Shown here one piece after another: positions 25,126 through 38,718 of a stretch of 64,000 nucleotides of DNA. The stretch covers positions 325,686,001 through 325,750,000 of the forward strand of contig OZ024743.1 in assembly GCA_964016885.1 (NCBI GenBank), written 5' to 3'. The notes beneath the pieces are model-generated. The model did not search any database. It saw only the letters and a list, made by a program, of their open reading frames with translations, and had not been told where the DNA came from. Source of the stretch: Eledone cirrhosa. Its lineage: Eukaryota. Each line of letters opens with the position of its first letter. Positions within the stretch are counted from its first letter, which is position 1. Position numbers and translations under genes: made by a program.

Positions 25126-25710
25126 TTGATATATCTATAGTCATATTCTGGGTGAAGAGCTGATTTTGCTCTATGAACCTGACAAACAAAAAACATACGA
25201 CGGATTTCCACGTGACTTGTTGTGGAAGGTTCTGTAGGAGTATGGCATCGACAGACAGCTTTTTGCTGCCTTGAAGTCACTATAGGAATGCTTAGGTACT
25301 AAGTCAAAACCAATCAATATGGGTCTCATACTCTACCAAGGGTGTGTACTGTCAACTCTCCTATTCATAATCTTCATGAACAGGATTGACATGTGCAACC
25401 AGGTACAAAGTGGTATCAAAACCAGCAGGTGAAGGATCAGTCGACTCAAATTTGTAGACGACATGATGCTACATATCTCATCAGGAGATAATTTCTAACT
25501 ATGGCACAAAATTTATATATCTATGTGTTATTGGTGGACATGAGAAAAATAACTCAATACTGACATAGAGTTTAAGTATTCATTTATTACGGCTAAGTAG
25601 TGAGCCTTGCACACTCGCATGTGCACAGCTGATGCTCCAGAGTAATAACTTAGCCATAGATGAAGATAATGATATATCTATAATACATATTTGTATAAAT
25701 ACATGCATAC

Positions 25711-25773
25711 CTATAATCTGGTTCATGATAAGGCCGTATGTCATCCAAATTAGCAACATAACCATGGGAAAAA
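25711..25773 (-). CDS. ZGPAT: ZGPAT coding exon 6 (end of the CCCH finger)
   Basis: ccag|T TTT TCC CAT GGT ... TAT AG|gtatgc; FSHGYVANLDDIRPYHEPDY. Confidence 0.92.
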
Positions 25774-26223
25774 CTGGAAAAAATGGAATTAGAAAATACA
25801 CCAATACATGCTGAATATACAAATGCACATACACAAAGAGACAAATATATTTATTCACCCAACCACATGATGATTATGATATATGTATATATAATGGGAA
25901 AATAAATTAAAAACAGCAAATACATACACACACATGTATGTGTACAGGCACATAATTATATAAGGTCGAGTGACGCAACTTCGAGTGATTAGCAGCCTTT
26001 AGACTCACCTGATCAATGAAACAATTGTTAATACTTGAAATAAAGCCCCTTGTTGTACAGCCGACCATGGATGCTTCATTCCTTTCCAGTCTGCGCAGAT
26101 CCTCTGCACACAAAGCCCATATATATATATATATGTGTAAAAGGTAAACAGAAATAACAACACAATCGGTACAGTACATGGAAGGAATATATTAGGTTAA
26201 CGCTTGAACCAGCAGGAAGAGTG

Positions 26224-26259
26224 TCTCAACGTTTCGGACGCTAGTCCTTCATCAGAAGA
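26224..26259 (-). ncRNA. Minimal PLE-type hammerhead in a ~220-bp fragment (26130-26350) between (TA)n tracts
   Basis: UCUU CUGAUGA A GGAC-uagc-GUCC GAAAC GUU GAGA; loopless, palindromic stem III (AACGUU). Confidence 0.8.
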
Positions 26260-27129
26260 AAGAATGAGAAATTAGATAGATTGAAGGGACAGGCGGGGTG
26301 GAATTGGAAAAAATGTCTTTAGATAAAAATAACAGGTCCATTCATGTTGCCATATATATATATATATTTTTATATATATACATATATATATATACACACA
26401 CAAAAGAAATTGTTAAGATGCAAAAGACATTTGCTCACTTAATATAATTTTCAGGCAGACTCGTTGTGATAATCCTGACCCTCACAAGTACAGATAAAGT
26501 CAATGCTGTGAACTTCTACACAGATCCAATAATTTGGCTTACAAGGTTTAGGGCAACCTGAAGCTATCATAAAAAAGCCCTACCTGATTTGGTGCCATGC
26601 AGTGGGATAAAACCCAGATCTTCATGGTTTAAAATCAAACATTCAGCCATACATGTGCACAAACTAACACATAAAACAGACAGACATAAACACTATACTA
26701 CTACAACGACAATTTGGGTAAAAGAAAATACAGGAGGGTCAGTTAATTATGATTTTATTCAACACATTGCCCTCTCAGATTCACACACTTACTGCAGTGG
26801 TTTTTATGCCCTGTAAAAAGAACTCAGAAGGTTGGGCCTCCAACTACCCTTTTGCAATACCCTTAAAGCCAAGAACTTTTTAGTACTCCTCATATATGTG
26901 TTGTTTTAAGACTATTTTCCCTACTAAAGTAGGGGTTAGCCATGCAGCCCTCGTATTAGGTTTCATGCACATCATTAGGTCGGGGGGGGGGGGATATTTT
27001 ATGGCTGGATGCCCTTCCTTACACCAACCCTTACAACAAGCAGGGATATGATGTACCTATATTAAATTGGATACACATAGAAAAACACATACATGCAATC
27101 TAATTATAAGGAAAGATGTTCTGTATTAA

Positions 27130-27350
27130 CCCTTTAGCATTTAAACTGGCTGCATCCAGCCAGAATTCTCTCACTTCTTTCTATTCAAATTGCCTGTAAC
27201 TGGTCACTCATACTAATGTTAAGGTATTGTTCTCAAAATAAATAATATCAAAATCTCATAGATTCGATATTAGGTGAGATAATTATGTGAGATAATACTG
27301 TGAAAATATAATAGTATATATATATATAGAGTAATGTAAATACTAAAGGG
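27130..27350. mobile_element. piggyBac-type MITE (same family as 7528-7805)
   Basis: TTAA-CCCTTTAGCATTTA ... TAAATACTAAAGGG-TTAA; internal sequence alignable to the 7.5-kb copy. Confidence 0.85.
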
Positions 27351-27359
27351 TTAACTTAC

Positions 27360-27454
27360 TTGCATTTGTTGTCAGAAAATCTACATTTACCATTGAGGTA
27401 ATACTGACAAGGTACCATTCTACGATGCATAGGATTACAAAACATAACTTGGAC
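27360..27454 (-). CDS. ZGPAT: ZGPAT coding exon 5 (CCCH zinc finger)
   Basis: cag|GTC CAA GTT ... TGC AA|gtaagt; VQVMFCNPMHRRMVPCQYYLNGKCRFSDNKC. Confidence 0.93.
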
Positions 27455-27527
27455 CTGTAAGGTGAATCAAGACAACAGTTATAAAATAACATTCCACAGA
27501 TATTGGTATCTTGTTCTGAATTCAAGC

Positions 27528-29755
27528 AGGATAGAAAATTCAAGCATGTTTTACAACGTGAGGACCAGAAACAGGAGGTATTCAAGATTGCGAGGCAGTG
27601 TGTCAGAGATAGTTGTGATGTCATTGGAGAGAAGTGTATCCGGAATGATAAAGGTGAGCTTGCCCTCACAAGTGCTGAGAAGAAAGATGCATGGAAGAGT
27701 CACTATGATAGATTACTAAATGAGGAGAATGCATGGGAAGAAGAGACCCTACCCCAAGTAGACCCTATAGAGGGACCAGCAGTACAAGTCAGCAGCAGCG
27801 TAGTAAGTAAGGTAATCAAAGATATGAAGATGGAGAAGGCAACCGGTCCATCGGGTACAGCTGCCGAGATGCTGAAGGCATCTGAGTCTGTAGGTCACAC
27901 TATAACCACACGTATCGTTAACCAGGTAATACTAGAAGGGGCCATACCAAAAGATTGGTGCAGTAGCATCATTGTCAACTGCTACAAAGGTAAAGGCGAT
28001 GCACTAGATAGAGGAAACTATAGAGGTATAAAGTTGATGGACCAGGTCATGAAAGTAACAGAAAGAGTTATAGCACAGCTGATTAGGGACCGGGTGAAAA
28101 TAGATGAGATGCAATTTGGGTTTGTACCAGGAAGAGGCACCACTGATGCCCTCTTCCTTGTGAGGCAATTACAGGAAAAGTACCTAGCTAAAAGTAAGCC
28201 ACTCTACTTGGCATTTGTCGACCTTGAGAAAGCCTTTGACAGAGTTCCACGTGCTGTAATCTGGTGGGCTCTTAGAAAACTAGGAGTAGATGAATGGCTT
28301 ATGAAAGCGGTACAAGCCATGTATAGGGGAGCAGTCAGCAAAGTTAGGATTAGCAATGAGTATAGCGAGGAATTTAGCGTACAGGTTGGGGTCCACCAGG
28401 GCTCTGTTCTTAGCCCTCTCCTGTTCATCATAGTCCTGCAGGCAATAATGGAGGAGTTTAAGACCGGATGCCCATGGGAACTCCTGTATGCTGATGACCT
28501 CGCACTCATAGCTGAATCTATGGTAGAACTAGAGAAGAAATTCCAAACCTGGAAGCAGGGACTAGAAAGAAAGGGTCTCAAAGTCAACATGACAAAGACT
28601 AAGGTCCTTGTAAGTAAACGAGAAAACAGAACCCAGACCCCCTCAGGGAAATGGCCTTGCTCAGTATGTAGGAAAGGTGTAGGTAGGAACTCCATTCTCT
28701 GCCCCAAATACAAACAATGGGTACACAAGAGATGTAGCGGGATCTCAGGAAGCTTAATTAAGAATGTAGGATTCACATGCAGCAGCTGTGCTGAGACAGC
28801 AAGCAGCAAACAGCCACAGGAAACAAGTACCACCAATCTCTGGGAGGGCCCTGTAGAAACAGTAGACAGCTTCTGCTACCTAGGTGACCGAATTAGCAAT
28901 GGAGGTGGGTGTTCAGAAAGTACAATAACTAGGGTAAGAACGGGATGGAAGAAGTTTAGGGAACTACTACCACTGCTAGCTGCAAAAGGCTTCTCCCTCA
29001 GAATGAAAGGCAGACTGTATGAAGCGTGTATCCAAACAGCGATGTTGCATGGTAGTGAGACCTGGGCACTGAAGGTGGAAGACTTACGTAGATTAAAGAG
29101 AAACGAAGCCTGCATGCTCCGATGGATGTGTAACAGTAATATACGTGAATGACAAAGCATAAATGAATTGAGAGAGAGACTGAGCATAAGAGGAATCAAA
29201 TGCTGTGTGCAGGAGAGGCGGTTGCGCTGGTATGGACATGTGATGCGTATGAAGGATGACAGCTGCATAAAAAGGTGCATAAAAAGAGCACTAGAAGTTG
29301 ATGGAAACCACGGAGTGGGGAGACCCAAGATGACCTGGGATGAGGTGATAAAAGCCGACCTTACCCAATTACACCTCTCAAAGACAATGACACACGACCG
29401 TGACTTCTGGCGTCATGCAGTAATACAGAGTACCCGACCTCCCATGGGTACAAGCTGAAGCATATAGACAATATGCCCCCACCGCAAGGTGGTCGTGGAG
29501 GTGCCACGGCAAAAAAGCACCCAGCACACACTGTAAAGTGGACGTGTAGGCGCCACGAAAAAGCACCCAGCACTCACTGTAAATGAGGTTGGTGTTAGGA
29601 AGGGCATCCAGCTGTAGAAATCAAGCCAAATCAGTTCCTGTATGAGCAAGGCATGGTCAGCCAACCAGACACTGCCCACAACAGGACAACCCGTCTAACC
29701 CATGCTAGCGTGGAAGAACGGACGTAAAACGGTGATGATGATGATGATGATGATG
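27528..29755 (+). mobile_element. 5'-truncated RTE LINE, second subfamily, with one premature stop
   Basis: ORFs 27503-29152 and 29168-29458 with RT motifs; (ATG)n tail at ~29732-29755. Confidence 0.92.
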
Positions 29756-30079
29756 TATGTGTATGCATATACAGAAATGTGTGTGTGTGTACATGCATAA
29801 ATATAGGTATGCCTATCATCATCATCATCATCATCATCATCGTTGTCACTGTTTAATGTCCATTTTCCACGCTAGCATGTGTTGGAGGAGTTGTCATTTT
29901 TGAGGCAAGTCAGATCAGGTGACCATGTCTTGCTCACACAGAACCTTAGCAAGGAGCAGAGATTGAAAGGGTAACATAATTACCTTAGCAGAGGACAGGG
30001 ATTGAAAGGGCAACAGAGCATCAAAGGGCAACAGAATTACCTTAGCAGGGGACAAAGCATCAAAGGGCAACAGAATTAC

Positions 30080-30427
30080 CTTAGCAGGGGAGAGAGCATC
30101 AAAGGGTAGCACATCTGTTATGAGAGCATTATGGCAGCCATACATGGCCCAGGAAGTACTGTAAGTGACACGACATTTGGTCCCAACCAACTCCTGCAAC
30201 CTTTCAGTTAACTTTCGGTTTTCTTCTTCATCTTCATCCTCCTCCTTATCATCATCATCATCATCATCATTACTGTTTTCCCCTCTTCTCTCTGTTCCTC
30301 CATCATTAAACTTTTTCATCCTGTCAACTATGTCACCAGAACAGTTGGGCTGCAGTTCACTACCGGAACAACCAGCCGACACCTCGGGAGGAGAATTTTT
30401 AGTAAAGTTGACATCAGAGAGTGAAGC
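30080..30427 (-). CDS. ZGPAT: ZGPAT coding exon 4 (first donor shown; alternative donors downstream)
   Basis: cag|GCT TCA CTC ... GCT AAG|gtaatt; LVGTKCRVTYSTSW...HNALI resembles the ZGPAT segment before the zinc finger; 348 nt, phase 0/0. Confidence 0.87.
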
Positions 30428-31472
30428 CTGAAATTATAGAATGGAATGCTTTCATTAACAATTAGAAACAGGTAATAACAGGTATATATACACATACATA
30501 TAAGTATATATATTATATGTGGTTTGTAGTTTCAGTTTACTGCATATATATTGGTGATAGGAAGGGTACCTAGCCATAGAATACTTGGAGTCGAAAGGAC
30601 CCTTCAGTTGTGTCAAAGTCCTATCATCTAAACTATCAGTTTAGATGAAAAATTTGTTTCCATGAGTTCCAGTTTCACTCTGATGTTGGAGATATTTAAA
30701 AATCTTCCTTTAATCCAATCATTCTTGCAAATTTACTGAGAGGGAAATAAATTACCATTCCTTTATTGTGCATGTTTCAATTCGTTTCTTGTGTGTCTTA
30801 TTATACATCCATGTGCCTGTCTATACTCTACTAACTATTGTATTAGTAATAATAATAATTGTTATTGGTATTGTTATTAATATTATTTATTTTATGCCTT
30901 AAGATACCTGCATGTCAGTCTGTATTCTAACCCGCTGTTTGCTTTAATTCACATTTCCTTCTTCCTCAATCTTTCTATCAGATTGTAATAACCCATTTCC
31001 ATATATATATATATACATATATATATATGCACACATACATGTATATGTATATACACATATATATATGCACACATACATATATATATACACACACATATAG
31101 ATATTTGTGTGTGTTAGTGTATATGATTGTGTTTTTAAATCTTTTTTTTTTTCTTCAAGATGTTTCATATTTCCTTATTGTTCTTTGTGTTTAGGTTGCA
31201 ACAATAATGTTCCTCTCTATCTATTATCATTTCTTTATCTCATCTTCTGAATAATATATGATGATAGCAGCCCTTTCCTGCGGCAAAGTATCGTCTCAAT
31301 GATGTAACTGCTAAAATCATCATCGCCCAAATTTAAAATTATTTAACTATTAACTACTGGTTGATTTATTATGTGCTATATCAGTGTGTTGAGGTTTTGT
31401 TATTTACACTTTACTGTTTATTAAGAAAATGACATGATTTCTGCTGTTATACTTTATAATATAGAGTATAGA

Positions 31473-32182
31473 CAGGCACATGGCTTAGTGGTTAGAGCAT
31501 TGGCCTTGCAATCGAAAGGTTGTGAGTTCAATTCTCAGATCGGGTGATGTGTTGTTTCCTTGAGCAAGACACTTTATTTCACATTGCTCCAGTTTACTCA
31601 GCTGTAGAAATGAGATGATAGGGACTGGGGTCCCTATCATTCCACTGCAAAGTGGTCGTGGAGGTGCCACGGCAAAAAAAGCACCCAGCACTCACTGTAA
31701 AATGAGGTTGGTGTTAGGAAGGGCATCCAGCTGTAGAAATCAAGCCAGAATCAGTTCCCGTCCCACCCTTACAAGCAGGGAAAAGCGGACGTAAAAATGA
31801 TGATGATGATGTCAATTAATATATTCCTGTTTAGTTTTGTTTCATCATCATCATCATCATTTTACGTCCGCTTTTCCCTGCTTGCAAAGGTGGGACGGGA
31901 ACTGATTCTGGCTCGATTTCTACAGCTGGATGCCCTTCCTAACACCAACCTCATTTACAGTGAGTGCTGGGTGCTTTTTTGCCGTGGCACCTCCACAACC
32001 ACTTTGCAGTGGGATGATATGGACCCCAGTCCCTATCACTTCATTTCTACAGCTGAGTAAACTGGAGCAATGTGAAATAAAGTGTCTTGCTCAAGGAAAC
32101 AACACATCAACCAGTCTGAGAATTGAACTCACAACCTTTCGATTGCAAGGCCAATGCTCTAACCACTAAGTCATGTGCCTCC
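31473..32182. mobile_element. Tail-to-tail inverted pair of tRNA-derived SINEs with RTE-derived 3' ends (third copy at ~47823-48150)
   Basis: GGCACATGGCTTAGTGGTTAGAGC (A box) ... GAGTTCAATTC (B box) ... (ATG)n on plus at 31473-31812, and its reverse complement at ~31842-32182. Confidence 0.88.
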
Positions 32183-32513
32183 ATGTTTCATGTTCACTAA
32201 TATATTTTACTACAATGACTCTTTATTGAAAACACATGATCAACCAAGCAAGTCGATGTTTCATTTGGCTGTTTAATGGAGCATAAAGGACAAATAAGGA
32301 AATATGAGAAAAACAAACAAATGTTTATTAAAGAAATATCTGTTGTATCTTTGATATAACATGTATATGTATTTGTGTGTATGTATATATGTATATGTAT
32401 AATAAATATATATATATATGTATGTGTATATATATGTGTATATATATCTATATATATGTATATATATATATGTATGAATGTGTGTGTGTGTATATATATT
32501 TATATATGTATAA

Positions 32514-33545
32514 GAAGCAAGTGCCCACAGGATACTAGCTCCTTCTATTGCCCAGATGGTTCTATAGAAATAGTGGACACTCTCCGTTACCTGGGTGACA
32601 AAATCAGCAGTGGTGGGGGGTGGTCTGAAAGTACAGTAGCCGGAGTCAGAATGGGATGGAAAAAGTTCAGAGAGCTTATACCGCTGTTGGCCACAAAAGG
32701 TTTCTCTCTAAAAATGAAAGGCAGATTGTATGATGCCTGTATACAAACAGCAATGCTACATGGCAGTGAGACATGGGCATTGTGAGCAGAGGACCTGCGC
32801 AGACTGGAAAGGAACGAAGCATGCATGCTCGTGAATGGCAAAGCATCAATGAATTAAGAGAGAAATTAGGAATAAGAGGGATCAGATGCTGTTTACTTGA
32901 GAGAAGACTACATAGGTATGGTTACGTGATGCGCATGAAAGACAACAGCTGTATAAAAAAGTGCAGGGCGATCAAAATTGATGGAAATTACGGAGTAGGT
33001 AGACCCAGAAAAACCTGAGACGATTTGATAAATTCCGACCTTACACACTTGCACCTCTCTAAGACAATGTCACTGGACCGAGATCTTTGGCGCTACGCAG
33101 TAATACAGAAGACCTGCCTTGCCTATGACCTAAGTGAAACCTACAGTCAGTAGGCACCTCTTAACCAAATATACACCGCAATCCACTACCCCTACTCCAT
33201 CCTCCCACTCCCACCAACTTCTCTCTGTAAAGTTGGTACCACAACATCCAGTCCAAATAAATGAGATAATGAGATCGAGATCGTGTAGGTGTCACGACAA
33301 AAAAACACACAGTCCACGCTGTAATGTGGTCGTGTAGGTAACACGGTAAAAAGTTCCCAGTTCCACACTGTAAATGTGGTTGGTGTTAGGAAGGGCATCC
33401 AGCCATGGAAAACCTGCCAGATAGTCCTATATGAGCGGGACATGGTCACCCGACCAACCTTGCCTCAAATTGGGACAACTCCCATCTAACCCATGCTAGC
33501 GTGGAAGATGGACGTTAAACGATGATGATGATGATGATGATATCA
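32514..33545 (+). mobile_element. RTE 3' fragment
   Basis: LRYLGDKISSGGG...GRPRKT remnant with stops; 3' UTR and (ATG)n tail. Confidence 0.88.
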
Positions 33546-34005
33546 TCAATTAATGTCCATTTTCCCTAGTAGAAAATGTTGGACAGGTCACGACACACCA
33601 AGTCGGCACTTAGCCTGAACCACTGATCTCCCAGACATTGGTACATTTCAAATATGTCCCTGTACTTTACAGGGGTACTGAGTCCATTTTATCTTGGCAC
33701 CAGCCATAGGAAGGTGGTTATATATTTGACACAATTGAAGAGTTCTCCCAAACCTTTGTTTGGCAAGTTTTCTATGGCTGGAAGCCCTTCACAGCATATG
33801 CACACATACATACACATGCACATATATACATACCCACACATAAGTACATACAAACAAGCACACCCACATACATACAATCATACACATTCATAGAACTAAG
33901 CATACACACACATGCAAAAGTCATGGGCATTATCCCTTTGCCTCTAACTAACTTATATATTTTTGTTTTTAAATCAGAAAGAAAATGGTCAGTAAATGTT
34001 ATCAC

Positions 34006-34178
34006 CTTGAAGGCCTCATACTCAGCATCAAAATCTACATCTTTGGAAGATTGTATCTGAATCGGTGGAGCATCTGGACAATGTGAAGTGGCTGGTGGTG
34101 ATCGTGATGGTGACTTCTCCACATTTGTAGATTCTAAGTGCATCAAGATTTGACTTTTTCTCAATGCTAGAAGACTCT
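34006..34178 (-). CDS. ZGPAT: ZGPAT coding exon 3
   Basis: ccag|AG AGT CTT CTA ... TTC AAG|gtgata; ESLLALRKSQIL...DAEYEAFK. Confidence 0.88.
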
Positions 34179-34279
34179 CTGGAAAGATAATCAAGAAAGG
34201 GAATTTCATAAGAAAATCAGAAAGTAGAGAAAATACTTTGAAGAAATAATTATTCCTTACAATATAACAGTATTATAAT

Positions 34280-34740
34280 ACTGCAGTGTACTAGAGAGGA
34301 CCTGCCCAATACTCTGATACAGTCAAGAGAACCTGCCCAACATTGTGATATACTAAAGAGGATCTACTCAATACTGAAACATATTAGAGATGCCAGCTCA
34401 ACAGTACAGACACTGTGGTGCTGAGACCAGCTCAACAGGACAGTTACTGTGGTGATAAGACCAATTCAACTGTACATACTGTAGTGCTAAGACCAGCTCA
34501 ACTGTACGGGCACTAGAATACTAATACCAGTTCAACTGTGCAGGCACTGCAGTGCTAAGACCAACTCAACTGTACAGATACTATGGTGTTAAGATCAGCT
34601 CAACTGTACAGGTACTATGGTGTTAAGATCAGCTCAACTGTACAGGTACTGTAGTGCTAAGACCAGCTCAACAGTACAAGTACAAGTGCAGTACAAGTAC
34701 TGCAGTGCTAAAACCAGTTCAACTGTATAGGCACTACAAT
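34280..34740. repeat. Degenerate 34-bp minisatellite
   Basis: Unit ACCAGCTCAACTGTACAGGTACTGTAGTGCTAAG; roughly 11-13 diverged copies. Confidence 0.85.
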
Positions 34741-35282
34741 ATATGCATTGAGCATATTAATTTTTTTCATACCAACTCACCAGAGACCACATTGCTTTTA
34801 TGACACAGAAATTCTTGTTTTAAAGTGTTCATATTTAAATCAAAACTTCCAATCATTATTTTACCTAAAAGACTTTTGTTAGGTAGCTGACCTTCTGTCC
34901 AGAGTCTTGTACTCCCAGTAGCTTAACCTTTTTGATACCAACCCTGCCAAAAACACCTCTAGTTCTATGAAACAGAACCACCAATTTTAGAGGGATCCTA
35001 TCTAAATTCAAACTTTCCAACATAATTTTATATAAGAACCATATCTTAAGTTACTATTTTAGTAATGAATAATCAATAATTTTAGTAAATCTCTCAAAAT
35101 ATTTCTTTAATTAATTGAAATAAAGTGTATTTCATCAAAGATTTTATCATGAAAGGGTAAATGATTATGAAACATGGATAAACTGCAGCTCAATGAGCCT
35201 CTAGGCCTGGAACAGAGGAATAAAATGAAAGGATGCTACAGATAATTAAAAGAAAGTTCCAGAAAGAAAAACTGATAGAGAC

Positions 35283-35379
35283 CTTCTGTTAATTTTATAA
35301 CTTCTTCCAAGTCTGTCTTCAGTTTCAACAGATCATCATTGGGACCTGAAGCCTGTAACGCTGCTTCCACCTGGGTTAA
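35283..35379 (-). CDS. ZGPAT: ZGPAT coding exon 2
   Basis: ccag|TTA ACC CAG ... GAA G|gtctct; LTQVEAALQASGPNDDLLKLKTDLEEVIKLTE resembles the human N-terminus. Confidence 0.9.
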
Positions 35380-36504
35380 CTGGAAAACAATAACAATAAC
35401 AACAATGATAATGATGATGATAATAATAATAGTTTCTGATTTAGGCACAAGGCCAACAATTTTAGCGTCAGGTGAAAGTCAATCAAATTAACCTCAATGC
35501 ATTACTGGTACTTTATTTTATTGCCCCCATAAGGATGAAAGACAAAGCTAACTTCGGTGAGATTTGAACACAATATAGAAAGTTGTCACTAAATACTGCT
35601 AAGGATTTTGTCCGACACCCTACTGATTCTACCAATCCACTGCTTTAATTCAATAATAATAATAATGATTTCTACTATAGACACAAGGCCAGCAATTTTG
35701 GGAGAGGGGAAAGTCAATTAAATTGACTCCAGTACATTACTGGTACTTTATTTTATAATAATAATAATAATAATCTCTATTATTTGCCACAAGGGCATCG
35801 GATGAAGGAGACATTACAAAGACAGGTTAGAACATGAATGTGGGGGTTACATAGAAATGAGAAAAATATGAGTAACAAGTTAGGTACACATTGAATTATA
35901 TGAGGCATTCAGTCTCCCTAGTAGAAAGAACTGAATACGTAAGTCTAATTGAGGAACCCCACAGACACACAATCACCAAAGAAGGTTAGCCCCTCTCAAC
36001 AGCTGATGTCTAGCCTACGGGTCACTCATTATTTTCGCTACTTTCACTCAATTGTTTCTAATTTAGGCACAAGGCCAGAAATTTGTTAGGGAGAGGGTAG
36101 TCAGTTAAATCTTAATGTCCTTTACCACACGAAACCACATTAGCAAAACATCCTTAATAAGTACAAAACAGCATTATGGTTGCATCTCATAAAAAATTGG
36201 TCTTTAGTTTACTACATAATTTTCATGATTTGTTCACCACTATAAACATTTGAATTAACAAACCCATTTTTAGATATTTTCTGCTGAATCATTACAGGAA
36301 GTTAAGCGTTAAATCAACCCAGTACCCAGTACATAACAGGAACTTTATTGATCCTAGAAGGATGAAAGGTAGAGTTGAGCTTGGTGGGATCGGAACTCAA
36401 AATAAATGCTGAAAAGCATTTTATCTAATATTCTAACCCTTCTGTTAATTTGTTGCTCATTCTATTAAAATCTCAGCAATTAATTCTTAATTATTAATTT
36501 TGTT

Positions 36505-36775
36505 GTGTTCTTTTTTTTCTTCTTTGCCCACTTATTCCTAAGAGTGTTGTGGGAGCAGAATCCTCAAACACTCCTTCCTGCAGGTCCTGTCAAAAGCAAC
36601 CATTTCCAACTGATCCAACAGGATCCCCAAGTGAGACCAGCCAAGCTCATGGGTGTTATTCAACCATCTTGCTCTGGGTCTCTTGCTGGTTGGTTTTGCC
36701 CGTAAAATCTGTCCAGCAATTCTTTCTTAAGACATTCTAACGACATGCCCATAGTATCAGAGCTGTGATCACTCA
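36505..36775 (-). mobile_element. Old LINE 3'-end remnant (second copy at ~55316-55610)
   Basis: Two alignable copies ending in (GAA)n-like tails. Confidence 0.55.
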
Positions 36776-38670
36776 AGTTTTATTGCCATTATCAATTAAC
36801 TATCAGTATACCATTTCCCCAGATCTGTCCTAAAAAGTTTACAAATGTTTATGCTGTAAGGAATAAAATGAAAGGAAATTTCTATATGTAACTTTCCCTC
36901 TATCACCTTTCCTCAGAACTGGATCTCTGAGGAACTTCCATCTGGTCTATGCTGGTGCTTTACCTGAATCTATTGACCTATAATAGTTCAAACTGACCTC
37001 TTTAATCTTTATTAAGTAATCTATATATCTCAGTGTATGGTGGCAAATTGGCAGAATCATCTGAACATCGGATAGAATGGTTTGTGATATTTAATCCAGA
37101 TCTCTACATGCTGAATTCAAATCCTACTGAGGTCAACTTTGTCTTTCATCCTTTTAAGTACTGGGGTCAATTCTTCCTCTTCTCTGTTCTCTCTCTTTTT
37201 CTCTAGAAGTAATCAGTTGTGTTCAGACCTGAAGAGAGATAGGCTCTACCAGCACCCCCATGACTCAATCAGGAGTTAAGGTCCCATGGCTGGGTAGACA
37301 TCTCAGTCTAGGAGACCCTACAAATAGCTATGGACACAATCCCTATACCCAAAGTAAAAATGATTTTTTTAAAGTCTGCAAACAGATAAGTTTTTGAGAA
37401 GCCTGCCTGTGTATGTGTGTGTTTATATGTACTTATGGATATAACCATGGCCAAGTAACCATGAGATCTCAGGTTCGATCTCACAGCATGTCATAATGAA
37501 CATCTTTTACCATAGTCTCAGATCAACTCATTCCTTGTGAATGGAATCAGATACATGGAAAGTATGGAAGCCCGTTGGATGAATTATACCTGTAATTCAA
37601 TGACCCAGCCATGTCACACACTGTGTCATGTTAATACTGCTTAAGGATTACATTAAGAATACATACGTCTGTAGAATACTCAGCCACTTACAGGCTAATT
37701 CAATGAGTAACCAGTTCAGTTAATTTAACATCTGGTCTACTCACTGTCAAAACCCATGGAGATCCATTCATTATATATTCACTAAATCACATGTACACAT
37801 TATTGCTTATGATAAATCACTGCTTATTGTCATACTGTGCATATAGAGTAAGTAAACATCGCAGAGACTGTGTAAGAAGTCGTCGGCGTTTGTATGTATT
37901 TTGGAATTAAAAAAGAAAAAGGAAGCGGAAATCTTTTAATAAGCCACTTTGTTTAAAACACCAGGAATTATCGGCAAACATTTTCTTTAGCATGTGGCTT
38001 TCGAAATGTTTAGGGGAGCTTGTTATTGTTGGTGGGTCGCCTTACTGAAGTACAAGGTGATGCTCGCAAAGGTGCTTGGTTATTCCAGCCTCTTAGCCAC
38101 ACTATCATCAGCAGCAATGCCTCAAAAATTAATAGATGGAAATTCCAGCTCCCCTCGTGGCGTGTAACTGAATTTTTGTGTGTGTCTTCTTCTGTTCATA
38201 TATATATATATATATATATATAGTGCTTCTTTTATCAATTATATTCTTACTGAATAAACATGCTTGCTTCTGTGTACCATGTGTATATAAAAACCTAACA
38301 CCTTGGCATGTAAAGAATAACGGTTTCTAATTTAAGCACAAGGCCAGCAATTTGAGTACAGTAGAAAATCAATTAAATCGACCCCAGTATTGAATTGTTT
38401 TTTATTTTACCGACTCCGATAGGATAAAAGGCTAAGTTGATCTAGAAGGGGAAATTGAACTGAGAATGTAAAGTACTATAACAAAATATCACAATGTATT
38501 TTGTCGGACACTATACCAATTCTGCCTATATACCGCCCTGCATGTAAACAACGATCACCAACAATAATAAACTACAGCACACATTTCAACCATGCAGCAC
38601 CGTTGGGTAGTAAGACAACATGACAGCTGGTAGTGTATGTTACAAAAATGGAGGCAGTAATATTGTCTAC

Positions 38671-38718
38671 CTGAACAGTGTAGAGATCAATATCCTGTTG
38701 GAGGCTGTCCACATCCAT
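38671..38718 (-). CDS. ZGPAT: ZGPAT coding exon 1
   Basis: ccATGG context; MDVDSLQQDIDLYTVQ|gtagac (human MDEESLESALQTYRAQ); phase 0 joins exon 2. Confidence 0.88.

Noticed and set aside
31473-31550. tRNA gene
   Set aside because: A and B boxes are present, but the sequence continues into a SINE body and RTE tail and occurs in several copies; it is a SINE head.
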